Origin: a virus
Taxonomy: Duplodnaviria; Caudoviricetes
IMG/VR virus record: IMGVR_UViG_3300025679_000005
Strand: one strand, 5' to 3'
DNA: 64,000 bases
In this document: piece after piece, positions 34,585 through 43,661 of the stretch
How positions within the stretch are numbered: the first letter of the stretch is position 1
Layout of the letters: every line of letters starts with the position of its first letter
Made by a program: the position numbers and the translations under genes
Notes under the pieces: model-generated
Seen by the model: the letters and a program-made list of their open reading frames with translations, nothing else
Databases searched by the model: none
What the model was told of the DNA's origin: nothing

Positions 34585-37500
34585 TCATTTCCGCTTTAAC
34601 GGGCTCGCTTCATCAACCCAAAGCGGCGTATTCATGCATTTGCCGCGCTTGGAATCTAGGATGTACATGGCCTGTTGTGGAGGCTCATAGTCCGCACCGA
34701 TGGACATGGCGTATTCGCTGTAACCAATGAGGGAGTTGTGGACACCTACTCCATTTGCAATGAAGGTGTGCTCTCCTGATACTTGAAGGTCGTAGACTTT
34801 GATGTCACCGGGTACCATTCGACGATGGCAAATTCTTACGAATTTTTCACCAGCCACCCACTTCACGTCTTGTCCTTGGTTGAACAATACCGAGTAGGCA
34901 GTATTCTTTCGCCTACCACCTGGCCGCAAACTCTTTACCGTGGGTTCATAATGAGTGCCGTTGGCCAACATGAACATGCCCCAAGCTAATTGCTGGGATA
35001 TGCTGGTGGCTGTCAGGTATAGGTTTCCATCTTTTGTAATGCGCTGATGACCGTCCCCATCAATCCATCCTTTAACGAGGGCCACCCTCTCTTCTACTGG
35101 CAGAGAGTATGCCCAGTTGGGGAGCTTTTTGCCGATGGACTTGTGCCCAAAACTGTTTCGCCAATCCAATGCGACTTCTCGTCCACATGAGAAAGTCACA
35201 CAACTAGTATTCCGGGACTCTCGTACACTCAAGACTCCTGGGTTATTCATAATTGGATCCAAGATTGTCTTAACGCGCTCCAGGATTGGCAGTTCTCTTA
35301 TATGCATTGTCCAAGTCAAACGGTGATGTTTTCTATCAAAGCCGCCGTCAATCGTTGTATGGCCTTCGGCTAAGAACAGCCCATAGACCCAAGCTAAATC
35401 TGTTCCTATGGATTTAGTCGACTCACCTGTCAAATGTGGGATATGTACCCAATCCCCTGCCGACAGGAATTCAGCAGCAATCCATTTAGGGGCTTCAACA
35501 ACTGGGTCTTTATGGTAACCGTGGGTTGTACAGACACACGTTATGTCAGACCCTTTCATAGCCCATATTTGATGGTTTGGTGTACATTGCAACGATTTGT
35601 AGAAGCCTTTGATCCCCAAGTCGATTAAGCTCTCAGCGTCGCGCTCTAGGTGGGCTTCTACAGTCTGATGCGTACCGTCTCTAGATATTACTGGGGTACC
35701 TACTTGGACATCTTCGATTGGGAGGACCCCCCCAGGAATAGTCACAAGAGTTCCTGCTGGAAAACAACCATTGACAACAGTTCGACCCAAGTCCGTTAGT
35801 TGGTGGAAGTGTCCAATGTGGTGGTAGTCCGCTCGTTTGACGCCATCCCACTTGAAGACGCGCTTATTGAGTGGTACGGACAGGCCGCCGATGCCGCCGC
35901 CGAACTTGACCTCGTCCCCGTGGTGGAAGTGAAGATCGAACTCGTAGGCCTCCACGTACTGGTGAGCACTCTTATCGACAACGAAGCGTACGCGCTTCTC
36001 GTCAGCGAAGTCCTGCTGAAGGACGTTGTAGAGGAGCCACTCATAGGAGTTCTTGGCACCGGTCTTGATCCGGCGCTTGGCCGTTGTGTTGCCGCTTACT
36101 AGAGGTACTCCATTTCTTCTAGTAATCAGGGTGCCGTTCTTGACAGTCCCACACCAGATCACTCCAGAATAGGGTACTGTTTTAAGGGCTTTCTTAGGAA
36201 AGCCTTGCCTAGAGGCAGGTAGAGACAAGATGTGATTGCCCCGGTTATCCTGCCTTACTCGGGCGGCAATTCCATTTGTCACGGCCAAGGTTTGAATTGA
36301 GCCAAGCACATCGGAGTCTCCGTAGATCACTCTTTCTTCGTCCCTAACATTTCTGGGTGGCCTGACAGAGCCGTCCCCACCTAGCAAGCCCTCTAGGAAG
36401 CAGCCAAACTGCCTTTCTGAAAGTTGGTACATCCAACCAGACACCGCACGTTTATTGGGCAGCAATTCAATAAATTTACGACCGCTGTCTACTTCGATGT
36501 GAAATGTAGTGTCTGGAAGTATCCTTTTGACGGTCTTCCCTAAAATGACTGCTTTTTTCCGTGTCCTTGTATGGGCGCTGTACTTGACGCCCAGCCTGTT
36601 CAATAGTGCAGTCAGAACCGCAATCCCATTTTTCTTGCTTTGATATATGCGAAGACTACGTTTACCGTTAGGCAAAGTGGCGTAAGACCCGTCAGTCATA
36701 ATCCACCCAAGCAACCGAAGCTCATCGTCTGAGACTTTCGTGTACTCCTTTGTATGCCCTAAAGAGCACTTGGGGAAACCGTTTGCACCGAACGTGCCCC
36801 TCTTAGCGAGTTCTTGAATCTCAAGAAACCGATCCCGACCAGCGGACCCGCTTCTTACGACCATCCTATGGTGGGGTGTCACCATAAAGTCGGCAGTTGT
36901 TGTCTTGACCTTAACCATAGGCCCTTGATACTCAGCTACATAGACATCCTCAAGAGGCTGCCATTCAGTCTGAGAGGTGTCCATGTTATAGGTTGCCACT
37001 ATGTCCCCAACTGCGATCTGGGTGTACTTCTTCCAGCCGTCGACAGTTAGAAGCTCTGTCTGGTCATCGTGACAACGACCATGATTACCAAATGAGCAGG
37101 GGATAGTGATCGTCTCTATTTTTGGGTCAAGGAGCAGAGTCTTGATGCCCTTCGTGATGAGCCTCTTGGCAAAGAGGACGGCCTCAATGGGGGACAGGTC
37201 GTTGTCCTCCTCTAGTTCGTCGTGGATGTAGCCTGTGATGAGGTCACCACCAAGCCATAGGATCACATCACGAAGCGAGAACTCGTTCCGGCCAAAGTCG
37301 AGCAGCCATTCTATTCCAGTGAAGAAGCGCTCAGCTCTAGCCTCAGCTATTTTCGGATTGTAGGAGTTCCTACCCGCAACCGCCTCCGCGTAAACGTTTT
37401 CCTCTACGTGCCAGTCAGATGCCATGATGACGGCTGTGCCCTCACGAATACCGGACTTCGTCTCCCGACGCTTGATCTTCGGGATGTTGATGGGGCGGTC

Positions 37501-37875
37501 TATTTCCGTGATAAAGCGGTGACGCGCCTCAGACTCACGAAGACGGTCTACGAGGTCCGCATGCTCAGATCGTAGCCTTTTATCCCGATCTTTGGCTTCG
37601 AAGCGCTCCACCGGATCGGTGTACTCTTCTTCGTCCTCCTCCTCTTCTTCAGGAGAGCGCAAGTATTCCGAGGGCGGCTTCAAGTTGAAGCGCTCGAACG
37701 ACTTGAGCAGAGAAGATCGGGAAATGTCCTCTTGAAGGACCCGGCCTATTTCTACGAGGGCTTCTTGAACGGTGTCGTATTTACCGCTCTCCAAAATCCT
37801 CTGGGCAGTCTTTACTCGCTTGTCGTTCCATTCCATGGATGAGGCACCTTCCGTCTCAGCGTACTGAGCAATCAA
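34585..37875 (-). CDS. Calcineurin-like metallophosphoesterase with N-terminal HTH/coiled coil and two inteins
   Basis: SDWH, GGDLITG, GNHGR, HHGD, GHFH, NG|S motifs; about 423 aa after removing inteins; TTG start is 10 nt after TGGTGTA. Confidence 0.9.
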   Translation of the reverse strand: MIAQYAETEGASSMEWNDKRVKTAQRILESGKYDTVQEALVEIGRVLQEDISRSSLLKSFERFNLKPPSEYLRSPEEEEEDEEEYTDPVERFEAKDRDKRLRSEHADLVDRLRESEARHRFITEIDRPINIPKIKRRETKSGIREGTAVIMASDWHVEENVYAEAVAGRNSYNPKIAEARAERFFTGIEWLLDFGRNEFSLRDVILWLGGDLITGYIHDELEEDNDLSPIEAVLFAKRLITKGIKTLLLDPKIETITIPCSFGNHGRCHDDQTELLTVDGWKKYTQIAVGDIVATYNMDTSQTEWQPLEDVYVAEYQGPMVKVKTTTADFMVTPHHRMVVRSGSAGRDRFLEIQELAKRGTFGANGFPKCSLGHTKEYTKVSDDELRLLGWIMTDGSYATLPNGKRSLRIYQSKKNGIAVLTALLNRLGVKYSAHTRTRKKAVILGKTVKRILPDTTFHIEVDSGRKFIELLPNKRAVSGWMYQLSERQFGCFLEGLLGGDGSVRPPRNVRDEERVIYGDSDVLGSIQTLAVTNGIAARVRQDNRGNHILSLPASRQGFPKKALKTVPYSGVIWCGTVKNGTLITRRNGVPLVSGNTTAKRRIKTGAKNSYEWLLYNVLQQDFADEKRVRFVVDKSAHQYVEAYEFDLHFHHGDEVKFGGGIGGLSVPLNKRVFKWDGVKRADYHHIGHFHQLTDLGRTVVNGCFPAGTLVTIPGGVLPIEDVQVGTPVISRDGTHQTVEAHLERDAESLIDLGIKGFYKSLQCTPNHQIWAMKGSDITCVCTTHGYHKDPVVEAPKWIAAEFLSAGDWVHIPHLTGESTKSIGTDLAWVYGLFLAEGHTTIDGGFDRKHHRLTWTMHIRELPILERVKTILDPIMNNPGVLSVRESRNTSCVTFSCGREVALDWRNSFGHKSIGKKLPNWAYSLPVEERVALVKGWIDGDGHQRITKDGNLYLTATSISQQLAWGMFMLANGTHYEPTVKSLRPGGRRKNTAYSVLFNQGQDVKWVAGEKFVRICHRRMVPGDIKVYDLQVSGEHTFIANGVGVHNSLIGYSEYAMSIGADYEPPQQAMYILDSKRGKCMNTPLWVDEASPLKRK
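34735..35766 (-). mobile_element. Intein 2 (344 aa) inside the NG|S motif
   Basis: Begins CFPAGT, ends GVHN, +1 residue S; YGLFLAEG and VKGWIDGDG. Confidence 0.9.
36088..37074 (-). mobile_element. Intein 1 (329 aa) just after GNHGR
   Basis: Begins CHDDQTELL, ends LVSGN, +1 residue T; LAGLIDADG-like LLGWIMTDGS and FLEGLLGGDG. Confidence 0.88.
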
Positions 37876-37983
37876 GTAGGACTACTACACCAGGGTTGGA
37901 GCATAAGTTGACTAATAAATCAGCCCAAAATGCGATAGATCTTTGATACCTCTGCTCGACCGCCCATCGGAGATCAGGTATTT

Positions 37984-38241
37984 TCAGCAGAACTCCTCGC
38001 CTAGCAAGCGCTCCCACTGAGTGGGACGATGCTCAGAAGCAGGGGATTTGTACTGTTCACTAAATGACTCGATGGCGATTGAGGTAGTTGAACGTGGGTG
38101 CTCACTCACTACCTCTAGGGTTATGAAACGCATGCGCATTGCTTCGATAAGTTCGGTTCCTTGGACTTGCCAGCGCACCCCTGGCGCATCAACATGAACC
38201 CATACAGACCCGATTGCGGGTATCTCGAAGGAGTCAGACAT
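37984..38241 (-). CDS. Small SH3-like protein with C-terminal TQWERL
   Basis: Ends RPTQWERLLGEEFC. Confidence 0.65.
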   Translation of the reverse strand: MSDSFEIPAIGSVWVHVDAPGVRWQVQGTELIEAMRMRFITLEVVSEHPRSTTSIAIESFSEQYKSPASEHRPTQWERLLGEEFC

Positions 38242-38515
38242 GGCAGACCATCCTCATTGCGACCAGAATATTCTTCATTCGCCGAAATCCTGTGACTTTT
38301 GTGATCAATTTTCCGCCCGTCAGGAGCAACGCATATCCGACGGCGTCAACTTCACGGGTGATAAAGACCCTAACAAGGCACCCTGCCCATCCGAGGCTCT
38401 TCGTCCTACCTACGTTGCTCATCGCTGGGTGGGAAACCAGCCGACGAATATCCCGTTCCAGACTGAAGCAGAGTCTTTCTCAGAACGCCTAGAAGAGATG
38501 AAGAAGCTTCCCTAA
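38240..38515 (+). CDS. Small Cys/His-rich hypothetical protein
   Basis: HCDQNILHSPKSCDFCD...CPSE. Confidence 0.65.
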   Translation: MADHPHCDQNILHSPKSCDFCDQFSARQEQRISDGVNFTGDKDPNKAPCPSEALRPTYVAHRWVGNQPTNIPFQTEAESFSERLEEMKKLP

Positions 38516-38537
38516 GCTGGTGTAAGAACAGCCACCA

Positions 38538-39839
38538 ATGCCTCTATACGAGAAAATACGAGACGACCAAGCACACATCGTGGTCATGGGCCTAGGCTAT
38601 GTTGGCCTGCCTTTGGCTATGGAATTCACCAGAGCGGGGTTCACAGTCACTGGCTTAGACCCCGACAAGTCCAAGATCGAGAGTCTGATCAACGGCGAAT
38701 CCTACGTTGACCGGCCTACCTCGGAAACACTCCAGATGCTTACGGATAGGGGCCGTTTCACAGCCACCTGGGACGCTAGTGTCCTAGACCTAGCGGACAT
38801 CGTCATCGTCTGTGTCCCCACCCCATTGAGTAAGACTCGAGACCCGGACCTCTCGATCGTCAACCAAGCCATTGACCAGATTGTCCAGCACCAACACAAG
38901 GATATGCTGGTGATACTGGAGTCGACTTCTTACCCAGGCACGACCCGTGAGCTACTGGTGCCTCACCTAACCCAAGGATACAAGCTGGGGGAAGATGTCT
39001 TCGTAGGGTATTCCCCCGAACGTATCGACCCAGGTAATCCCGTATACCACCTTACGAATACCCCAAAGATCGTCTCTGGGATCACGAAGCTCTGTGCTCA
39101 GTTGACTCAGAGGCTCTACATGAAGATCAATGAGGCCTTGATCCCGGTGTCGAGCCCTGAGGTGGCGGAGATGGCCAAAGTCCTGGAGAATACCTTCCGG
39201 GCAGTAAACATCGGTCTGGCCAACGAAGTCGCCCTCATCAGCAAGAAGCTGGGCATTGATCCCTTCGAGGTCATCGAAGCCGCTGCCTCCAAGCCCTTCG
39301 GCTTTATGCCCTTCTACCCCGGGCCCGGCCTGGGTGGACACTGCATTCCCGTCGACCCCTTGTATCTGTCGTGGAAGCTCCGAACTTTGAACGGCCAAGC
39401 TCGCTTCATTGAATTGGCAGACACCATCAATAGCGGGATGCCAGACTACGTTGTCGGGATCTGCACTGAGGCCCTGAATTCACAGTCGCTGGCGGTTCGA
39501 GGCTCTAGGATTCTACTGCTTGGGGTGGCCTACAAGCCGAACGTGGCGGACATGCGTGAGAGCCCGGTCATCCCCATCATCCAAAAGCTCAAGGCCTTGG
39601 GTGCTAGCGTGTCCTACGAAGACCCCCACGTTCCGGAGTTCTCCGAGCACGGCCTGACTCTGGGCTCTCTCAAACCTATGGACTATGGGGACTTCGACCT
39701 TGTGGTCGTGACCACGCCCCACAAGGAATTTGACCTCAAGCGCCTCATCCAAGAGGCGACATTGATCGTCGATACCCGCGGTGTACTGAGGGACGAGCAC
39801 AACCGTTCCCTGAACAGCCCCAGAATCTTCCGTATCTGA
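38538..39839 (+). CDS. Nucleotide-sugar dehydrogenase (UDP-GlcNAc/ManNAc dehydrogenase family)
   Basis: GLGYVGLP, CVPTP, ESTSYPGTT, SPERIDPG, KVLENTFR, GGHCIPVDP, AYKPNVADMRESP. Confidence 0.92.
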   Translation: MPLYEKIRDDQAHIVVMGLGYVGLPLAMEFTRAGFTVTGLDPDKSKIESLINGESYVDRPTSETLQMLTDRGRFTATWDASVLDLADIVIVCVPTPLSKTRDPDLSIVNQAIDQIVQHQHKDMLVILESTSYPGTTRELLVPHLTQGYKLGEDVFVGYSPERIDPGNPVYHLTNTPKIVSGITKLCAQLTQRLYMKINEALIPVSSPEVAEMAKVLENTFRAVNIGLANEVALISKKLGIDPFEVIEAAASKPFGFMPFYPGPGLGGHCIPVDPLYLSWKLRTLNGQARFIELADTINSGMPDYVVGICTEALNSQSLAVRGSRILLLGVAYKPNVADMRESPVIPIIQKLKALGASVSYEDPHVPEFSEHGLTLGSLKPMDYGDFDLVVVTTPHKEFDLKRLIQEATLIVDTRGVLRDEHNRSLNSPRIFRI

Positions 39840-40072
39840 TGCTTCGTTGGAAAGTCACAATCCTGTACAGCCTGGGCTTCTACTCAGGCTGTATGTTCAG
39901 CTTGTTCCGTCGCCACGGAACGTTTCACGGCATGACCCTAGTCTACGGGCTGCTGCTGGGAATCGTGGTCCACCTGGGGGAGCGCCTTCTCAAGGCCCGT
40001 CAACGAGAGCGGGCTCTGACCATCCGTCGGTTCAAACGACGGGTTCGTCTAGGCGATTCCAAGCGGACTTAG
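39839..40072 (+). CDS. Small membrane protein
   Basis: Two hydrophobic helices, basic tail. Confidence 0.55.
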   Translation: MLRWKVTILYSLGFYSGCMFSLFRRHGTFHGMTLVYGLLLGIVVHLGERLLKARQRERALTIRRFKRRVRLGDSKRT

Positions 40073-40286
40073 GCTTGTAGGGGTCTTCCTTGTGAACCCG
40101 TCCACATTCAGGGCACTTCTCGCCGACTTCCATCGGATTGACGTAGCCGCCCACTCTGAAACAGCGGACAGTGCAGGGGATCTCCATCGACAACTGGAAG
40201 CGTTCGGCCTTCGAGAGCTTGTTAGGGTCGATCCCGTTATCCACGCAGTATTTCGCAAGCCATTCCTCGCCCGTGATGTATGCCAT
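40032..40286 (-). CDS. Small Zn-finger protein ending SAWNRLDEPVV
   Basis: CTVRC...CPECG; ATG 9 nt after CGGTGTA. Confidence 0.7.
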   Translation of the reverse strand: MAYITGEEWLAKYCVDNGIDPNKLSKAERFQLSMEIPCTVRCFRVGGYVNPMEVGEKCPECGRVHKEDPYKPKSAWNRLDEPVV

Positions 40287-40289
40287 GGA

Positions 40290-40318
40290 CGTGTTTACAC
40301 CGAGCTGGTGTAAACACG
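40290..40318. promoter_or_regulatory. Back-to-back YGGTGTA pair within a 12-bp inverted repeat
   Basis: CGTGTTTACACC-gagct-GGTGTAAACACG; 9 nt to ATG 40286 (-) and 9 nt to ATG 40322 (+). Confidence 0.8.
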
Positions 40319-40321
40319 GGG

Positions 40322-40843
40322 ATGTCCCTAGGTGTGTACGCCGGCAGTTTCGATCCTTTCACGTTTGGTCACTTGAGCATCCTCAATGGAGCCCTCAAGG
40401 TATTCGATCGCGTCATCGTCGCCGTTGGCGTGAATTCCGCCAAGAAGGGCCTCTTCGAGAATGACGAACGTATGGCCATCATCGTGGAATATCTTAAGGA
40501 ATTCCAGTGTGCTGGCGCGACCGTGGACAGCTTCGAGGGTCTCCTGATCGATTATTGTGATCGGATGCGTACTCCTGGGGTCTACCCCACTATCATCCGC
40601 GGACTTCGAGCTGTATCCGACTTCGAGCAGGAGATGGCCATCGCCGACATCAATCACAAGATGGACCCGACCATCCAGACTATATTCATCCCCGCTGAGG
40701 CGCCCCACGTCTACGTGAGTTCAAGCACGGCCAAGGAGCTGGTCAAGCATGCTAAAGACTCCGATACTGCGGCCCGTTTGGAGCACTACGTTCTTCCCAG
40801 TGTCGCACTGAAGATGCACTCCAAGATCAGGCGTGGCCATTGA
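40322..40843 (+). CDS. coaD: Phosphopantetheine adenylyltransferase
   Basis: YAGSFDPFTFGH, RGLRAVSDFEQE, YVSSSTAKE. Confidence 0.92.
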   Translation: MSLGVYAGSFDPFTFGHLSILNGALKVFDRVIVAVGVNSAKKGLFENDERMAIIVEYLKEFQCAGATVDSFEGLLIDYCDRMRTPGVYPTIIRGLRAVSDFEQEMAIADINHKMDPTIQTIFIPAEAPHVYVSSSTAKELVKHAKDSDTAARLEHYVLPSVALKMHSKIRRGH

Positions 40844-41580
40844 AGTCCGTCATTCTAGCCCCACTGCATCGACCTGAGGACGCGGTTAATCTAGCGGCCA
40901 ACATCGAGCGCCAAAGTATTCGGGCGGATGTCATCGTCGTCGAGAATGGCCCAGGAATCGATTCCTATAAGGGGCGGGGCAAGGTCCTCAGGATCGACTC
41001 AAAAGGTGTAGGAGCGGCTAGGAACGCCTGCATTGAGGCAGCTCGTGAAGACGGTCAGAAATGCTTCTTCTTCTTCTTCTTCGATGCCGACGACTACTAT
41101 GGCCCTGATTACGTCAGAGGGTGCCTGAACTTCTTGATCCGTAATCCGGTGTCCGCCGCCGGGCGTTCCCAAGGCTGGACGATTCTTTCCGACGGCCTCT
41201 ACCGATTCGACCACGTCGAGACGATATTGCCCAGTGGGGGGACCCTCATGGGGGTCCTAGCCGACGCCTTGCCGTTCCCTGAGGATGTCGTGATTGGAGA
41301 GGATCACGCTTGGTGGCAGGCCATGATCGCCGCTGGCAAGTCTGTGGCCTTGACGGGTGACCAAAGGGATTACTGCTATATCCGACACTCCCACAACACC
41401 TACGTGATGGACGAAACCTTGTTTCGGCTAGGGCGAGGCCCCGTTCATTACTACGGAAAGTTGCCACCAGAGGCAATATCAGGTACTCTCGAAGCCATCG
41501 AGACTAGGCCACACCCCTCCAATGCCGAGGTCATGGCCGCCTTGAAGAGGGTGGGCTCCAGGCCTTCTTTGGTGTACTAG
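40840..41580 (+). CDS. GT2-family glycosyltransferase
   Basis: VIVVENG, GAARNACI, FFDADDYY, GEDHAW. Confidence 0.8.
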   Translation: MKSVILAPLHRPEDAVNLAANIERQSIRADVIVVENGPGIDSYKGRGKVLRIDSKGVGAARNACIEAAREDGQKCFFFFFFDADDYYGPDYVRGCLNFLIRNPVSAAGRSQGWTILSDGLYRFDHVETILPSGGTLMGVLADALPFPEDVVIGEDHAWWQAMIAAGKSVALTGDQRDYCYIRHSHNTYVMDETLFRLGRGPVHYYGKLPPEAISGTLEAIETRPHPSNAEVMAALKRVGSRPSLVY

Positions 41581-41585
41581 CAAAG

Positions 41586-42149
41586 ATGTTCCGCCTTGTT
41601 ACGCTGTACACCCCAGACTACAAGCCAGCCTCCAGCTGTGTCCCCACGGTGAGGGCTTACGCCGAGAAGCAGGGGTACGCCTTCACAGAACACACGGAGG
41701 CCATCTACAAGGAGATGGCTCCGGCCTGGAGCAAGATCCCCGCTGTGTCTATGGCTCTGATCGGTACCGAAAACGATTGGGTCGTCTGGGTGGATGCTGA
41801 CATCAAGATCACCGATCCCAGCGTCCGTTTGGAGGACATCTGGCCAAAGGACCCCAAGCTGGAGATCGTATTCTCCCAAGACAAGGACGGGCTGTGTTCG
41901 GGGTTCTTTGGGGTCAGGAGGACCTATAGAACCTTGGGGATCTTCCTTGAGGCATTGAACCGACACTCCTTCACTGAGGACGCTTGGCCTTGGGAGCAGA
42001 AAGCCCTCAAAGACCTGTTCGCATTCTACGGTTGCTACGAAGACATCATAGGCTACATCCCAGAGTCCGTGGTCAGCAACCCATTTTCCGGCCCTCAAGG
42101 GACTTTTGCCCACCACTACTGGGGAAATGGAATGCATGTCCCTACGTAA
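41586..42149 (+). CDS. GT34 / galactosyltransferase-like glycosyltransferase
   Basis: AWSKIPAV, WVVWVDADI, GLCSGFF, WEQKAL. Confidence 0.8.
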   Translation: MFRLVTLYTPDYKPASSCVPTVRAYAEKQGYAFTEHTEAIYKEMAPAWSKIPAVSMALIGTENDWVVWVDADIKITDPSVRLEDIWPKDPKLEIVFSQDKDGLCSGFFGVRRTYRTLGIFLEALNRHSFTEDAWPWEQKALKDLFAFYGCYEDIIGYIPESVVSNPFSGPQGTFAHHYWGNGMHVPT

Positions 42150-42855
42150 GGTCTACATCCGCCACAAGGAGAGCTACCCGGCCAACGTCAATACCTTCAC
42201 AGCTTACGAAGGCTTCTGGGACCTGGCTGTGGAGATCGCCCCGTTCTACGGCTTCGGGGACATCGAGACGCTGACTGACCTTAGTCCTGAGGTGGGCTTG
42301 GTCGGATTCATTGGAGACATCTGGGCGGCTCTCAAGGTGTTGGGCAAGCCCCTACCAGCAGCCCTGGACTATCCAGAAGAACTGACACCCTGGATTGGCC
42401 GCAAGATCTGGAAGGGCACCCTCAAAGAGGTCCGGGAGTCCACAGCCAAGGTCTTCATCAAGCCAGTGTTCCACAAGCTGTTCACGGGGTACGTTTGGGA
42501 CGGTTCCCGTGAAAGCCGCTGGCGCACGCTTACTTGCAGCTCAGACACGGAGCTGTGGATCTCCGAGGTAGTTGATTTCGAGTCGGAATATCGCTGTTTT
42601 CTTCAAGACAGGGAGATCGTCGGCGTTCGTCACTACAAAGGGGATTGGTCTAAAGTCCCCTATCGCCCAGTTGTCGAAGCCGCAGTCGCAGCATACAACG
42701 GACCTAGGGGATGCTCCCTAGATTTTGGAGTGACTTCTACGGGAGAGACCAAGCTCGTGGAAGCCAATGACGGATTCTCTTTGGGGTCCTACGGCTTGCC
42801 GGCAGTGACATACGCCAAACTCATTGAAGCTCGCTGGGAGGAATTGACTACATGA
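42136..42855 (+). CDS. ATP-grasp protein (DUF4343/R2K-like)
   Basis: VFIKPV..KLFTG, EYRCF, LDFGV..GETKLVEANDGFSLGSYG. Confidence 0.85.
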   Translation: MSLRKVYIRHKESYPANVNTFTAYEGFWDLAVEIAPFYGFGDIETLTDLSPEVGLVGFIGDIWAALKVLGKPLPAALDYPEELTPWIGRKIWKGTLKEVRESTAKVFIKPVFHKLFTGYVWDGSRESRWRTLTCSSDTELWISEVVDFESEYRCFLQDREIVGVRHYKGDWSKVPYRPVVEAAVAAYNGPRGCSLDFGVTSTGETKLVEANDGFSLGSYGLPAVTYAKLIEARWEELTT

Positions 42856-43100
42856 ACGGACTCGCCATTGCCCAAGAAGAGGCAGCTAAGCTCGAAGTTG
42901 TCCTCGATGACACCTCTTTGGATTACATCCTCTGGGAGGAGACAGGGTGGCCCTCGTTCTTCGAGGGAGATCCCGAGGTCACTCTGAGGAAGCAGCTTCA
43001 GACAGCCCTAGCTCCTGTTGCAGAGCGTCAGAGGATACGCCGTAGGGCTGAGCTTCACGAGACTCTCCCAACCAGCTGGGAGCGCTTGGGAGAGGATTAA
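42852..43100 (+). CDS. Small protein ending TSWERLGED
   Basis: 82 aa. Confidence 0.7.
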   Translation: MNGLAIAQEEAAKLEVVLDDTSLDYILWEETGWPSFFEGDPEVTLRKQLQTALAPVAERQRIRRRAELHETLPTSWERLGED

Positions 43101-43363
43101 TACCCTCGCATGTTCCGATACATGTTGACCAGGTCTCCTGTGCCAAAGGCCTTCAGGAGGTCCAGTTCAATCTCTCTGAACTGTTCGACGGCAGCCCAGG
43201 CCAATTCGGCTGCTGACACTGCCTGACCCTGTCGCCACTTGTCCTCAGTGCCCTGTTGGATGATGTAAAGTGGGACGCCGCATGGCTTGAAGAGCGGAGC
43301 CACCTCCGCTGCGAACACTGCTGCGTAGATGGCCTGCTCTCCTGGGGTCAATCTCTCGGTCAT
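43097..43363 (-). CDS. Hypothetical protein
   Basis: 88 aa from MTERLTP. Confidence 0.55.
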   Translation of the reverse strand: MTERLTPGEQAIYAAVFAAEVAPLFKPCGVPLYIIQQGTEDKWRQGQAVSAAELAWAAVEQFREIELDLLKAFGTGDLVNMYRNMRGY

Positions 43364-43370
43364 GGTCCGG

Positions 43371-43661
43371 TCACTCGTTGTACTTGAATTCACTCTTGGG
43401 GATCCCGAATACCTCACCGACACGACCGCTCAAGTAGGCGGACACCCACCAAGTATGGGTGTAGTGCTGATCTGGTTTCTCTGGATTCTCCTTGGCATCC
43501 CCATTGGCTTCACGCATGGCTGACCTAAGAGCGAAGGACTCCTCTGGGGTCAATCCCAGGTCCTTCACCAGGTCAATGTCAGTGCAACCTCGCTGGCCAA
43601 GCACTGAGGAGCATTGGCTGAGGAAGTACTTGGCGAGGCGAGCTTCAATAGATGTGAGCAT
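43371..43661 (-). CDS. Hypothetical protein
   Basis: Start 43661 is 9 nt after CGGTGTA embedded in the coaE 3' end. Confidence 0.6.
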   Translation of the reverse strand: MLTSIEARLAKYFLSQCSSVLGQRGCTDIDLVKDLGLTPEESFALRSAMREANGDAKENPEKPDQHYTHTWWVSAYLSGRVGEVFGIPKSEFKYNE

